Assembly: GCA_029261035.1 (NCBI GenBank)
Contig: JAJDCD010000023.1
Span: 237,126 to 301,125 of the forward strand
From: Candidatus Omnitrophota bacterium
GTDB taxonomy: Bacteria > Omnitrophota > Omnitrophia > Omnitrophales > JACROU01
Direction: 5' to 3'
Length of the DNA stretch: 64,000 nucleotides
Part shown: positions 1 through 13,362 of the stretch, in pieces
Position numbering within the stretch: the first letter of the stretch is position 1
Layout of the letters: the number at the start of each line of letters is the position of its first letter
Notes under the pieces: model-generated
What the model was told of the DNA's origin: nothing
What the model saw: only the letters and a program-made list of their open reading frames with translations
Databases searched by the model: none
Position numbers and translations under genes: made by a program

Positions 1-202
1 AAAGATGATTGCCACTTTCTTGTTTATCGGCAAAAGAGGAGAAAGGCTTTACTCTTTCGATAAACAACATCCTTTTTCTGCAACCGCTCCTTAGCCAACC
101 CAGCTTGCTTCAGAGTTATATAAAACCTCCCCTATAATATGCTTTTTTCTGGCCCGTTGTCTTTACACCTATTTCATTAGTTAAAATAGAGTGAATATTT
201 AA

Positions 203-895
203 TTAAAAATTATATTTATGCATTTGTATTTCTTTAAAAAATATTTTTTCTATTTTTTGCTTTGCATTTTGATCAAAAAATTCTTTGTAGTGTTTTTTAT
301 CTCTGATGTTTGCTTTGGCTGAATAACCCAATTCCCCTTTAAAAGGAATTCCTATTATTTCACATACCTTTGAGAAGTCTTCACTTAAGTTTTCATACTT
401 ACCTATGAAATCCACTATAGGCCTACTGCTTTTTGAGTTTTCTGTATACAAAAGGCTGTTTAAAGGAAATTGTCCTCTCTGAATATATTTTTCAAACGAA
501 ATATTCGTTCCTCTAAAATAATTCTGAAAAAAATAATCTGAGACAGTCTTGTCCCACGGGTTTCGTTCAAAACAAAATTTAAAATAAGTATCCCATATTT
601 TTTTTGGCAAACGTTCTTTAACTAAACAAGCAGGAATGTGATTGTAAAATTTTTTCTTCTTACCTATAACACTCTTTATAAAATGTTTCGCTCCATAAAC
701 GCCTCCTAAAGCAAAATCTTTGAAAGGATTAAATAAACCTGTTTCGTTTCTGGGTCTATAATTCAAATCCTCTTTTGTTAAAGCCGTCAAAACATCTTGG
801 TCTCCACAGAACTGCGCTAAAAACAACTGCATACTGGTTCCTGCTGTTTTGTTTGTTTTGATAAAAATAAATTTGTGTTTGTGGGATATAATCAT
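203..895 (-). CDS. Sulfotransferase family 2 domain protein
   Basis: N-terminal HKHKFIFIKTNKTAGTS (5'-PSB-like), RNPWDK..SDY (3'-PB-like), DFIGKYENL motifs. Confidence 0.75.
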   Translation of the reverse strand: MIISHKHKFIFIKTNKTAGTSMQLFLAQFCGDQDVLTALTKEDLNYRPRNETGLFNPFKDFALGGVYGAKHFIKSVIGKKKKFYNHIPACLVKERLPKKIWDTYFKFCFERNPWDKTVSDYFFQNYFRGTNISFEKYIQRGQFPLNSLLYTENSKSSRPIVDFIGKYENLSEDFSKVCEIIGIPFKGELGYSAKANIRDKKHYKEFFDQNAKQKIEKIFFKEIQMHKYNF

Positions 896-991
896 AAGGT
901 TGAAGGGAATTCTAAATTTGTTATTACTATTTTAATTTCTGTAGTAGGGTCCAACCTCATTAATATTTTGTCAAAAAAGAATGATGCTGGC

Positions 992-1098
992 GCCCATGAA
1001 CCATGCAAAGATATGGGCCTTTTGGCCCATTGCGAGGTTCAGGGCTGCCACGAACCTCATTACAGGCCGAAAGGCCTGTGGTTTATATGGTTCGTGGC
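992..1098. repeat. Two tandem ~53-nt compound hairpins immediately 3' of tRNA-Ser
   Basis: gcccatgaacc...ggttcagggc (992-1045) and gccacgaacc...ggttcgtggc (1047-1098), each enclosing a 7-bp GGCC-nnnn-GGCC stem-loop. Confidence 0.7.
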
Positions 1099-1184
1099 GG
1101 AGAGGGAGGGATTCGAACCCTCGATGGTGTAAACACCATAGCGATTTAGCAAACCGCCGCACTCGGCCTCTATGCGACCTCTCC
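1095..1184 (-). tRNA. tRNA-Ser(GCT)
   Basis: Reverse complement GGAGAGG...GCGGT-TTGCTAA-ATCGC anticodon arm, long variable arm, GGTTCGAATCC T-arm, encoded CCA; directly downstream of serS. Confidence 0.97.
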
Positions 1185-1242
1185 TTAAAAACGTTTGGTA
1201 TATTAACGACACTTTGAATTTCTGTCAAAGTTTAGTCTTTTG

Positions 1243-2499
1243 TTACTGCATATAAGGCTTTAATACTTTCGGAATTTCGATGGTTCCATCTTCTTTTTGG
1301 TAATTTTCCAAAATAGCAATAACGGTTCTCGGAAGAGCGACTCCAGAGCCGTTAAGTGTGTGCACAAATTCAGGTTTTCCGGATTGGATGCTCCTGTATC
1401 TTAGATTCATTCTTCTCGCTTGAAAATCTTCGAAATTAGAACAGCTTGAAACTTCAAACCACATTTTAGAGCCTGGTGCCCAAACTTCAATATCGTAGCA
1501 CTTCGCTGCAGCAAAACTTAAATCCCCAGAAGCAAGCTGAAGAACTCTATAAGGAAGCTCTAAAAGCTGTAATACTTTCTCAGCATTTAGAAGTAAGCTT
1601 TCTAATTCATCATAAGAGTTTTCTGGCTTAACCATTTTAACGAGCTCAACTTTATCAAATTGATGAATGCGAGCCAGCCCTTTTGTATCTTTCCCATAAG
1701 ACCCCGCTTCTCTTCTAAAACAAGGAGTGTATGCTACATATTTCTTCGCCAAGTCTTCTTCTTTTAAAATCTCTTCTCTGTGAGCGTTGGTTACAGGTAC
1801 TTCCGCCGTAGGAATTAAGAAAAAATCTTCATCCCTAAGACGATACATATCTTCTTCTAATTTAGGAAGTTGTCCTGTCCCTGTCATACTAGCTCTATTA
1901 ACCAGAAACGGCGGAGAGACCTCTTCATAGCCATGCTTTTTTGTGTGGAGGTCTAACATAAAGTTAATCAAAGCTCTTTCCAAGCGAGCGCCCATTCCTT
2001 TGTAAAAAAGGAATCCGCTTCCTGTTAATTTAGCTCCTATCGTTGGAGAAACCCATCCTAAAGACTCACACAGTTCTACATGTGTCTTTAAGTTTTTAGA
2101 CACATATTTAGCTTCGGGGCTACCCCAATCTCTAATAAATTTATTCTTAGAAGGATCTCCTATGGGAGTTGACTCATGCGGAATATTTGGAATTTGAAGG
2201 AGTAAATCATTAAGGCTATTCTGAACTTCTGAAATTTTTTGGTCTAATTCTTTTATTTTTTCTGAAATATCTTTAACTTGATTTATGGCCTTTGAAGCGT
2301 CTTTTTGTTCCTTCTTAAGCGCTCCAATCTCTTCATTTGCCTTATTTCGTTCTGCTTTCAAAACCTCAACTTCTTGAATAATTTTTCTTCTAGCTTCATC
2401 TAAGGATAAAATGTGATCCAAAGACAAAGTAACAAGTTTTGCTTCTAATGCTTTTTCGACTTTTTCAGGATTTTCTCTAATCAATTTTAAATCTAACAT
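1243..2499 (-). CDS. serS: Seryl-tRNA synthetase
   Basis: [11 protein letters not shown] start, [38 protein letters not shown]. Confidence 0.98.
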   Translation of the reverse strand: MLDLKLIRENPEKVEKALEAKLVTLSLDHILSLDEARRKIIQEVEVLKAERNKANEEIGALKKEQKDASKAINQVKDISEKIKELDQKISEVQNSLNDLLLQIPNIPHESTPIGDPSKNKFIRDWGSPEAKYVSKNLKTHVELCESLGWVSPTIGAKLTGSGFLFYKGMGARLERALINFMLDLHTKKHGYEEVSPPFLVNRASMTGTGQLPKLEEDMYRLRDEDFFLIPTAEVPVTNAHREEILKEEDLAKKYVAYTPCFRREAGSYGKDTKGLARIHQFDKVELVKMVKPENSYDELESLLLNAEKVLQLLELPYRVLQLASGDLSFAAAKCYDIEVWAPGSKMWFEVSSCSNFEDFQARRMNLRYRSIQSGKPEFVHTLNGSGVALPRTVIAILENYQKEDGTIEIPKVLKPYMQ

Positions 2500-2516
2500 A
2501 AACCCTCTGAGACAAA

Positions 2517-2568
2517 GGTGCCAGACTATGCAAAGGCTCTAACATTTCCTTAGCTTCGTCTGGCACTT
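2517..2568. repeat. REP-like inverted repeat between gyrA and serS
   Basis: gtgccagac...gtctggcac arms; end resembles the gacctggcac of the repeats at 16516 and 59386. Confidence 0.5.
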
Positions 2569-2595
2569 AAGATTATTCTAAAACTTTAAATGATA

Positions 2596-5124
2596 TTAAA
2601 GAAGATCAGGCTGATCTTCTTCTACAACTTCACGTGTAACAACACGGCAACAAGTCGCTAAGTCATGCCCGTCTTTTAACTTAATAACACGAACCCCTTG
2701 CGCATTTCGTCCGCTGGTTCTTATCTGGTTCACCGCGCTACGCACAATCTGTCCTTTTGTTGTTACCAAAACAATTTCATCCTCTTCACAAACAGTCATT
2801 ACTTTAACCACATGGCCATTCTTATCTGTTGCTTTAATATTAATAACACCTTTACCCCCACGGGTTTGGACACGGTAAGCACCATAACTACTCTTCTTAC
2901 CATACCCCTTGCTGGTTACCGTTAACGCAGTTTGTTTATCTTGAACCACGTCCGAAGAAATAACATGGTCTCCTTTGCTTAAACGAATGCCACGAACACC
3001 AGAAGCTGTTCTTCCCATTTCCCGAACATTTTTTTCTTCAAATCGAATTGCTTTTCCTTGTTTCGTTGCAATAAAAATTTGATTCTTTCCATCCGTAATC
3101 ATTGCAGCCATAAGCTCATCGTTGTTTTTTAATTTGATTGCTTGAATACCATTCGATCGAGGGCGAGAATAAGCTGTTAAACTCGTTTTCTTAATCAAAC
3201 CTTCTTTGGTTACCTGAACCAGAAATTGATCTTCATCAAAGTTCTTTATCTGGAGCATGGTTGCTATTTCTTCCCCCTTTGAAAGATTAAGAACATTAAC
3301 AACGGCTTTTCCTTTAGCAATACGAGAGGCTTGAGGAATTTGATAGGCTTTTTTCCAGTAACACCTTCCTCTGTTTGTGAAAAACAACATTGTTTCGTGA
3401 GTTGAGCATAAAAACATTTGCTCAATAAAATCATCATCGTCTCTAACCCCACCCCCTGTAACACCTTTACCACCTCTTCTTTGCGCGCGGTAACTTGAAA
3501 CAGGAATTCTCTTGATGTAGCCCGCATGCGACATAGTAATCAAGACATCTTCTTCTTTGATTAAGTCTTCAATATCTATGTCTTCTGCTGCTTTTACAAT
3601 GTCTGTTTTTCTAGGGTTGCCATACTTTTTCTTAACTTCCAAAGACTCTTCTTTAATAATCGACAGCACTTTTGTCTTGGATTTTAGAATAGACTCAAGC
3701 TCTGCAATCTTTTTTAAGAGCTCTGCATACTCTTCATCAATTTTATGTCTTTCCAAGGCTGTTAATTTTTGAAGCTGAAGCTCTAAAATAGCTTTTGATT
3801 GGACTTCGGAAAGTTTAAATTGTTTCATTAATTGCTGCTTGGCTTCTTCAGGGCTTTTTGCTGCTCGAATTAATTTAATAATTTTATCTAGATTTGAAAT
3901 AGCAATTTTCAAACCTTCTAAAATATGGGCTCTTTTCTCTGCTTTATTTAGCTCAAAACGCGTTCTTCTTTCAATAACTTCAACTCGATGATCAACAAAG
4001 TGTTGAAGAATATCCTTTAAAGGAAGAATTTTAGGCTCACCCTTAACAAGAGCTAAATTAATAATACTGACCGTATCTTGCATTTGCGTGTGTTTAAAAA
4101 GTTGATTTAAAATCAACTCATCATTCTCATCTTTTTTAAGCTCAACAACAACACGCATTCCATCTCTGTCGGATTCATCTCGAATATCGTAGATGCCTTC
4201 TATCTTTTTCGATTCAACCAGTTTCGCCATATTGCTAATTAAATTAGATTTGTTTACCTGGTATGGAATTTCATCAATGACAATAGCGTCTTTAGCTCGG
4301 CCCGAATTGGCTTTTTCAAAATGAGCCTTTGCTCTTAGCTGAACCTTTCCTCTTCCTGTAGCATACGCTTGTTTAATTCCTTCCTTACCCATAATCATTC
4401 CGCCCGTTGGAAAATCTGGGCCTTTTACATGTTTCATTAAATCTTGGCTTGTACTGTTTGGTTCATCAATAAGAGCAATTAACCCATCCACAACTTCCTC
4501 GAGATTGTGAGGGGGAATACTGGTTGCCATCCCCACAGCGATGCCCGCAGACCCATTAACTAAAAGGTTTGGAAGTTTAGAAGGAAGCAACTTAGGCTCT
4601 TGTAAAGACTCATCAAAATTAGGTTGAAATTCTACCGTGTCTTTATCAATATCTCCCAACAACTCTTCTGTAATAGAAGCTAAGCGAGCTTCTGTATACC
4701 TCATAGCAGCTGCATTATCACCATCCACAGAACCAAAGTTTCCCTGCCCATCCACCAACGGATGTCGAAGAGAAAAGTCCTGAACCATACGAACCAACGT
4801 ATCATAAACAGCCGTGTCACCATGAGGGTGGTACTTACCCAAAACTTCACCCACAATACGCGCAGATTTTTTATAAGGCTTATTGTGTGCTAGGCCCAAC
4901 TCACTCATTGCATAAAGAATACGACGATGCACCGGCTTAAGACCATCCCTAACATCTGGCAAAGCACGACCCACAATCACACTCATTGCGTAGTCGATAT
5001 ATGAGTTTTTCATTTCATCTTCGATAGCAATGGGATAAACTTTTTCTGAAAGCGCATACATACTTTGTGAAGGCTTTTTTATATTCTCTTCATTTTGTTC
5101 GTTTTCTTTATCTTTGTCCGACAT
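2596..5124 (-). CDS. gyrA: DNA gyrase subunit A
   Basis: [29 protein letters not shown], GyrA-box QRRGGKG, C-terminal pinwheel repeats. Confidence 0.98.
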   Translation of the reverse strand: MSDKDKENEQNEENIKKPSQSMYALSEKVYPIAIEDEMKNSYIDYAMSVIVGRALPDVRDGLKPVHRRILYAMSELGLAHNKPYKKSARIVGEVLGKYHPHGDTAVYDTLVRMVQDFSLRHPLVDGQGNFGSVDGDNAAAMRYTEARLASITEELLGDIDKDTVEFQPNFDESLQEPKLLPSKLPNLLVNGSAGIAVGMATSIPPHNLEEVVDGLIALIDEPNSTSQDLMKHVKGPDFPTGGMIMGKEGIKQAYATGRGKVQLRAKAHFEKANSGRAKDAIVIDEIPYQVNKSNLISNMAKLVESKKIEGIYDIRDESDRDGMRVVVELKKDENDELILNQLFKHTQMQDTVSIINLALVKGEPKILPLKDILQHFVDHRVEVIERRTRFELNKAEKRAHILEGLKIAISNLDKIIKLIRAAKSPEEAKQQLMKQFKLSEVQSKAILELQLQKLTALERHKIDEEYAELLKKIAELESILKSKTKVLSIIKEESLEVKKKYGNPRKTDIVKAAEDIDIEDLIKEEDVLITMSHAGYIKRIPVSSYRAQRRGGKGVTGGGVRDDDDFIEQMFLCSTHETMLFFTNRGRCYWKKAYQIPQASRIAKGKAVVNVLNLSKGEEIATMLQIKNFDEDQFLVQVTKEGLIKKTSLTAYSRPRSNGIQAIKLKNNDELMAAMITDGKNQIFIATKQGKAIRFEEKNVREMGRTASGVRGIRLSKGDHVISSDVVQDKQTALTVTSKGYGKKSSYGAYRVQTRGGKGVINIKATDKNGHVVKVMTVCEEDEIVLVTTKGQIVRSAVNQIRTSGRNAQGVRVIKLKDGHDLATCCRVVTREVVEEDQPDLL

Positions 5125-5189
5125 CGTTATCTCCTAATTATTTAAACATCTTTTTCTTACTGAGATCTTGTATAAATAAGGACTAGCGG

Positions 5190-7697
<2,508 letters not shown>

Positions 7698-7711
7698 TTA
7701 CTTTTCAGAGA

Positions 7712-8032
7712 TTATCTTCCTACTTGAAATTGGATATCTACTATATTCTCTTTCCCCACTTCTTTTTGAAATGCGGTCAAAATTTCATTTTTATATCTTA
7801 AAATTAATTCATGAGCCCAAACAGGGTCATCTACTCGAACGTAAAGTTTTTTTCCAAACAGCTTTTTTGGAGATGCATGTTTTCTTACTTTTTCATCAAC
7901 CAATTTATTCCATAGATCAAAAAGATATGCTTCTTGTTGTTTTTGCGGGTTTTCGAGGCTTTTTAAAACACCCTTAACAACCTGGTTTACCGGTGTAAAC
8001 CCTATATTTTTACCTTTTGATTTACGGCGCAT
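7712..8032 (-). CDS. DUF721 / DciA-like protein
   Basis: 106 aa, W..LV....A.P......LYVRV....WA.EL pattern; typical position between dnaN and gyrB. Confidence 0.75.
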   Translation of the reverse strand: MRRKSKGKNIGFTPVNQVVKGVLKSLENPQKQQEAYLFDLWNKLVDEKVRKHASPKKLFGKKLYVRVDDPVWAHELILRYKNEILTAFQKEVGKENIVDIQFQVGR

Positions 8033-8049
8033 TTTATTTTTTTATTAAT

Positions 8050-9147
8050 TTAATTTAATTGCATTGGCATAATTACATGGAGAAAATCTTTCTTCCCTTT
8101 CAACAAACCCGGTTTATCTGGGCCAGCAACAGAAAGTTGTATCTTTTCCACGTCTAAATTCTTCAACACATCTAGCAAATAAACAGGGTTAAAACCAACA
8201 GATAAATCATCCCCTTGTAAATCTGCTTCAATCTCTTCATGAGCCTCTCCTAAATTTGGAGACCTTGAGGATATAAGAATTTTATTTTTCAAAAGATCAA
8301 TTTTAACCGATTGAGATTCTGGAGAAGTTAAAAGAGAAGCTCTTTTAACAGCTTGTAATAATTGTTCTCTATCAACAGTTGAAATTGTATTTTCTTCTTT
8401 TGGGATAACCTGTTCATAGTTTGGAAAATGTCCTTCAATTAAACGAGAAATAATAAATGTATCTCCAAAATGAAATAAAATTTGATTCTTAAAACATAAA
8501 ATCTTAACAACTCCCTCATCCAATAAAATTTTACTCAACTCATATATAGTTTTTGCGGGAATAATAACATCAAGCTCAAAACTATCTCTAATATTTAAAT
8601 CTTTTTGAGCATAAGCTAATCTTCTTCCATCTGTTGCAACTAATTTCATTTTATTCCCTTTAATACCCATCAAAATTCCATTCAAAACATAACGCGTTTC
8701 ATCATAAGAAATTGCGAAACTGGTCATTTGAATACTTTCTTTTAAAACAACTTGATCTAAACTAATCGCCTGATCTAAAGAAAAACTAGGAAGCTTTGGA
8801 AAATCATCTTTAGGAAGACCCATAATTTTAAAAACAGCTTTTCCAGACTTAATAGTGACGGAATTATTTTTAGCTACAGAAATCTCAATATCCCCAGTAG
8901 GAAGCTCTCTTATGATGTCGTAAAGTTTTTTAGAAGGAACAGTAACAGCGCCTTCTTCAATAACATCCATTTCTGTTATGCTAGAAATAGCAACTTCCAA
9001 ATCTGTTCCAACAAGACGGACTTTATCTTTACCGTCTGTTTCTATAAGAACATTAGAAAGAATAGGAAGCGTTGTTTTAACTCCAACAACACCGTTAACA
9101 CTTGAAAGGCCTTTTAATAGAGTTTCTTTATTTGTTTTTATTTTCAT
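8050..9147 (-). CDS. dnaN: DNA polymerase III beta clamp
   Basis: LPILSNV, TDLE, ATDGRRLA, FPNYEQVIP, IMPM; follows dnaA. Confidence 0.97.
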   Translation of the reverse strand: MKIKTNKETLLKGLSSVNGVVGVKTTLPILSNVLIETDGKDKVRLVGTDLEVAISSITEMDVIEEGAVTVPSKKLYDIIRELPTGDIEISVAKNNSVTIKSGKAVFKIMGLPKDDFPKLPSFSLDQAISLDQVVLKESIQMTSFAISYDETRYVLNGILMGIKGNKMKLVATDGRRLAYAQKDLNIRDSFELDVIIPAKTIYELSKILLDEGVVKILCFKNQILFHFGDTFIISRLIEGHFPNYEQVIPKEENTISTVDREQLLQAVKRASLLTSPESQSVKIDLLKNKILISSRSPNLGEAHEEIEADLQGDDLSVGFNPVYLLDVLKNLDVEKIQLSVAGPDKPGLLKGKKDFLHVIMPMQLN

Positions 9148-9159
9148 AACTTTATCCTC

Positions 9160-9370
9160 AATAACTATTATTTATTAATTATTATTTTACATAAAAAAAT
9201 AGTAGAAGCATTAGTAAGCGCTGTGGATTTGTGTATAACCCTCATAAATAGAGCTAACTAAATGTTTTACATCTTTTACAAACCTTGGATAACTTGTTCC
9301 ACTTATCAACCTTATTAACGGATATTTTTTATAACTCAAAATATCCATTGAAGGGTGTGGATAAAAACAA
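9160..9370. promoter_or_regulatory. oriC (dnaA-dnaN intergenic part with unwinding site)
   Basis: Perfect DnaA box TGTGGATAA 9356-9364; tandem boxes 9222-9238; minus strand reads TTATACACAAATCCACAG-CGC-TTACTAATGCTTCTACTA-TTTTTT (boxes, GC spacer, DnaA-trio-like, AT-rich). Confidence 0.9.
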
Positions 9371-9377
9371 TAATTAT

Positions 9378-10763
9378 CTACCCATTTTTAATCTTATTAA
9401 CAAGATAATCTAAGGTTCTTTTTAACTCTTCTTTTTGTTTAGATTCTTCACTAATTTTAGTTATTCCATGAAGAACAGTTGTATGATCTCTTCCTCCAAA
9501 ATATTCCCCAATTTCAGGAAGAGAATGTTCTGTAAGTTGACGCACTAAAAACATAGCAACTTGGCGAGGATAAGCAATTGCTTTAGTTCTTCTTTTAATA
9601 CGCATGTCATTTACAGAAATATTAAAATGTTCCGCAACAATTTTTTGAACCTTGTCGATATTTACCTTTTGTTCTTCTTCTATTAAAGAAGCTTTTAAAA
9701 CTTCTTCCGACAATTTAATACTTAAAGGAGATTCTGTTAGAGAGCTGTAGGCCATTACACGAATTAAAGAGCCTTCAAGCTCTCGGATGTTAGACTTAAT
9801 TTTACTTGCTATAAACTCAATAACGTCATCTGGAACAGAAACAGGGTTGTTCTCAAGTTTTTTTCTTAGAATAGCAATACGCGTTTCAAAGTCGGGGGGT
9901 TGTATATCTGTTACAAGACCCCACTCAAAACGAGAAACAAGACGCTCTTCTAACGAAGAAATATCTTTTGGAGGACGGTCACTTGTAACAACAATTTGTT
10001 TATGAGCATCATACAGAGTGTTAAAAGTATGAAAAAACTCTTCTTGTGTTGCTTCTTTATTTGCTAGGAAATGAATGTCATCAATTAAAAGCATATCTAC
10101 ATTTCTATATTTTTCTCTAAAACTTTGAGTACTTCTTTTTTGTATTGCATTAATGAGCTCGTTTGTAAATTTTTCACTAGAAATAAAGGTAACATTTGCT
10201 TCAGGAGTTTTTTCCAGTGTTGCATATGCAATAGATTGAAGTAGATGTGTTTTTCCCAAACCAACAGGCCCATAAATAAAAAGTGGATTATATGCTTTTG
10301 CCGGTGATTCACTTACAGCCATTGCAGCAGCATGGGCAAAACGATTTCCTGGCCCGACAACAAAATTATCAAAGTGGTAACGATTATTAAGGGTTAAGTT
10401 TTTGTGAAAGCTTTTTTGTTTAGGCAAAGAGTTTATAGATGTGCTGACAGAAGCTGTGGAAGATTCTGTTTTTGAAACAGTTGATTTTTTTGGGGCGACA
10501 TGAAAGCAAATTTCTTTTCTTTCTCCGATGGCTTTCTCAACAGCGCTTATGATATCTTCCTCGTAGTGATCTTTAAGCCAGTCTCCATAGAACCTATCAG
10601 GCACTTCTAGATTTAACTTTTTGCCTTCCAACGCCAAAAATTGAATGGGAGAAATCCAAACACGAAGGGTTTGATCACTTAAAGATTCTCCTAAAATATC
10701 GACCACAGCAGGCCAAAAATTATTTTGGGAAGTCTCTGTTTTAGGTTTTGTCGTCTCAGTCAT
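9378..10763 (-). CDS. dnaA: Chromosomal replication initiator DnaA
   Basis: YNPLFIYGPVGLGKTHL, LLIDDI, RLVSRFEWGL, GGRDHTTVLH. Confidence 0.99.
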   Translation of the reverse strand: MTETTKPKTETSQNNFWPAVVDILGESLSDQTLRVWISPIQFLALEGKKLNLEVPDRFYGDWLKDHYEEDIISAVEKAIGERKEICFHVAPKKSTVSKTESSTASVSTSINSLPKQKSFHKNLTLNNRYHFDNFVVGPGNRFAHAAAMAVSESPAKAYNPLFIYGPVGLGKTHLLQSIAYATLEKTPEANVTFISSEKFTNELINAIQKRSTQSFREKYRNVDMLLIDDIHFLANKEATQEEFFHTFNTLYDAHKQIVVTSDRPPKDISSLEERLVSRFEWGLVTDIQPPDFETRIAILRKKLENNPVSVPDDVIEFIASKIKSNIRELEGSLIRVMAYSSLTESPLSIKLSEEVLKASLIEEEQKVNIDKVQKIVAEHFNISVNDMRIKRRTKAIAYPRQVAMFLVRQLTEHSLPEIGEYFGGRDHTTVLHGITKISEESKQKEELKRTLDYLVNKIKNG

Positions 10764-10775
10764 TAGAGCCTTTTT

Positions 10776-10904
10776 TAATCCACAAGAAGGAAAAAGATGT
10801 TTTTAAAAAACAAAAAGCATATAAATCTATTTAAATAAAGGAGTTATGGCTTATTTTTTGATTAATTAAAAAAGTTATCAACACATATTAACAAGTTATA
10901 CACA
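10776..10904. promoter_or_regulatory. DnaA-box cluster upstream of dnaA
   Basis: TAATCCACA 10776, TTATCAACA 10875, TTATACACA 10896. Confidence 0.7.
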
Positions 10905-10975
10905 CCCGATAAAGAAGCCTAATTGAATGGGAAATTATACCAAATTTAAGCAATATAAACCAGAGAAAAAAGGGT

Positions 10976-11692
10976 CTAACCCTTATCTTCAGGATCTTTC
11001 TTTTTTTGCAGAAAAGTATGAATGCCACACTCTTTTTTTTGGCTTCCGGACCACCGTCCTGAACGCTCATGTTCCCCAGGAACAACAGCTCGAGTGCAGG
11101 GTGCACAACCAATAGAAACAAAGCCTTCATCAAAAAGGGGGTGATATGGAAGTTTATATTTTTTTAAGTATTCCCACATATCTTTAGCATTCCAGTCGCG
11201 AAGAGGGTTTATTTTAATAATACCGCCTTCATACTCTTCAACATAATCTACCAAAGTGCGCGTATCGCTTTGTGAGCGACGAATCCCTGTGATCCAGCCT
11301 TTAACGCCCACAAGAGCTTTTTTTAAGGGAGCCACTTTGTTAAGGTAACAACATTTATCAGGATCTCGTTCATAAAGGTTCCCGTGGACCTGCTTAAACT
11401 CTTCTCTTGGCATTTCAGAGGTAAGCTCATCTATATTTAGGTTTAAACGTTTAACAAGGTCATTTTTAAAATTGATCGTTTCTGGAAAGTGAAAACCTGT
11501 TTCTAAAAATAAAATACGAAGATCAGGTTTTATCTGAGAGGCCATATGAAGCAAGACGGCACTTGTAGACCCAAAAGATGTAGATAGAGCAACTTCTGGA
11601 GAAAAAGTATCTACAGCCCATTGCACAATTTCATGCGGAGGCTTTCCATCAAAATCTTTATTGAGCTGTTTTAAATCTAAAGGTTTACTCAT
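10976..11692 (-). CDS. cysH: APS/PAPS reductase (Fe-S type)
   Basis: STSFG, ETGFHFPET, DKCC and SIGCAPCT cysteine motifs, C-terminal KECGIH. Confidence 0.9.
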   Translation of the reverse strand: MSKPLDLKQLNKDFDGKPPHEIVQWAVDTFSPEVALSTSFGSTSAVLLHMASQIKPDLRILFLETGFHFPETINFKNDLVKRLNLNIDELTSEMPREEFKQVHGNLYERDPDKCCYLNKVAPLKKALVGVKGWITGIRRSQSDTRTLVDYVEEYEGGIIKINPLRDWNAKDMWEYLKKYKLPYHPLFDEGFVSIGCAPCTRAVVPGEHERSGRWSGSQKKECGIHTFLQKKKDPEDKG

Positions 11693-12222
11693 TGTTTATC
11701 TATGTATCCAAACTCTTCTAACTTAAGAACAATTTTTTGTGCCGACTCTTCTGGAGTTTCGTTTTCTGTTTCACAAATAACATCTGGGTTTTCTGGCTCT
11801 TCATAAGGGTCTGAAACTCCAGTAAAGTGTTGGATTTCACCCGATTGAGCTTTTTTATATAATCCCTTTGGATCTCTTTTGGCACAGGCCTCAACGGAGC
11901 ATTTAGTGTAGACCTCAATGAAGTTCCCAATCAAAGAGCGGTTAGATTCGCGACTCTGTTTGTAGGGCGAAATAACAGCGGCAATAACAATCACATTATG
12001 GCGTGTTAGTAGTTGGCAAACAAAACCCACACGTTTAATGTTAAGGTCACGATCTTCCTTAGAAAAGCTTAGTCCCTTACTTAGGTTGGTACGAACAACA
12101 TCCCCATCAAGGATTTCAACTCTCTCACCTCTTTGACGCAAGGTTTTCTCTAAGATACGTGTGATTGTAGACTTTCCTGACCCGGAGAGCCCTGTAAACC
12201 AAACGGTTACCCCTTTAGACAT
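11689..12222 (-). CDS. cysC: Adenylyl-sulfate kinase
   Basis: WFTGLSGSGKST, LDGDVVR, RDPKGLY, FTGVSDPYE. Confidence 0.95.
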   Translation of the reverse strand: MSKGVTVWFTGLSGSGKSTITRILEKTLRQRGERVEILDGDVVRTNLSKGLSFSKEDRDLNIKRVGFVCQLLTRHNVIVIAAVISPYKQSRESNRSLIGNFIEVYTKCSVEACAKRDPKGLYKKAQSGEIQHFTGVSDPYEEPENPDVICETENETPEESAQKIVLKLEEFGYIDKQ

Positions 12223-12350
12223 AACGAACTCCTATAAATAATGCATTTATTCTATAGTGTAAAGAACGAGTATAGCGAAGATGGATTCTTTTGTCTAGGC
12301 AATGGTAATGTTAAAAATAAAGGGACGATAGGGGTATGTAAAAAGGGTTA

Positions 12351-13088
12351 TTATGGTTTTAAAATTTCGGAGGCCGTCTTTTTCTTTTCGATGAACCCCA
12401 CTACAATGATGGTCGCTTCATAAAGGATAAATAAAGGGACGGCTAACAAAACTTGGGATAGAGCGTCTGGTGAAGGTGTCATGATAGCAGCCATCACAAA
12501 AATGCCAAGAATCACAAATTTTCTTTGATGCCTTAACCAAGGAGCTGTTACGATTCCAAGTTGTGCTAAGGCAATGATAACAATGGGTAAGTTAAAGGAG
12601 AGCCCAAAGCCAAGAAGCATAAAACAGACGAAAGAAGCATAGCGGCTGACAGAGAGTAAGGGTTGGAAGTATTGAGTTCCAAAACTAAGAAGAAAATTAA
12701 GCGCCGTAGGCAACACTAGAAAATAGCAGAAAGAAATGCCGATTAAAAAAAGACTGACAGAAACAGTAAACAAAGGAAAAATAGCTTTTTGTTCGTGCTT
12801 TAAAAGCCCGGGCTTAATAAACTGCCATAGGTGCCATAAAACAAACGGAATAGTTGCAATAACAGAGAATAACAGAGAAGCTTTGAGGGCGATTAAAAAA
12901 CCTTCTGCTGGGGCTGTAAAGTATAAGGACGAATTTAAAGGTTTTAGAGGAAGGGTCAGGATTTCCAGTAAGAGTTTATGAAATCCTAAACCAATAACAA
13001 AAAACACAGCAAGGCACACAGCAATAAATATAATGCGCTTTCTAAGTTCTTCTAAATGATCAACCCATGGGATAATTTTTTCAGACAT
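12351..13088 (-). CDS. tatC: Twin-arginine translocase subunit C
   Basis: HLEELRKR, WQFIKPGL, TPSPD, multiple TM segments. Confidence 0.95.
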   Translation of the reverse strand: MSEKIIPWVDHLEELRKRIIFIAVCLAVFFVIGLGFHKLLLEILTLPLKPLNSSLYFTAPAEGFLIALKASLLFSVIATIPFVLWHLWQFIKPGLLKHEQKAIFPLFTVSVSLFLIGISFCYFLVLPTALNFLLSFGTQYFQPLLSVSRYASFVCFMLLGFGLSFNLPIVIIALAQLGIVTAPWLRHQRKFVILGIFVMAAIMTPSPDALSQVLLAVPLFILYEATIIVVGFIEKKKTASEILKP

Positions 13089-13111
13089 GATTTTAAATCA
13101 GAAGGCAGAGA

Positions 13112-13297
13112 TTATTCGGGTTTATCTTTTTTCTCTGGAGAGCCTGCCAGCCCTTCTTTAAATTCTTGTATGGTTTTACCTAAAGAACGCCCAATTTCAG
13201 GTAGTTTTGCAGCCCCAAAAACTACGAGGGCAACAAGTAGAATAACAACAAGTTCAAACGGTCCAGGTAGTGACATGTTTGTAGTATCTCCTATCAA
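13112..13297 (-). CDS. tatA: Twin-arginine translocase subunit A/E (start may be ATG at 13276)
   Basis: GPFELVVILLVALVVFGAAKLPEIGRSLGK..EFK. Confidence 0.93.
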   Translation of the reverse strand: MIGDTTNMSLPGPFELVVILLVALVVFGAAKLPEIGRSLGKTIQEFKEGLAGSPEKKDKPE

Positions 13298-13362
13298 TTT
13301 AATAAGTTTATATTATACACCTGGATTTCAAGCTGTAAAGCAGGGGTTGTTCTCCTCTTTCT

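Noticed and set aside
875-1228. Three short ORFs (875-1132, 971-1228, 981-1217)
   Set aside because: They overlap the tRNA-Ser gene and its hairpins; no protein-like features
2626-2641. parS-like aacttcacgtgtaaca in the gyrA 3' end
   Set aside because: Left half-site is too divergent compared with the sites at 26488 and 27057
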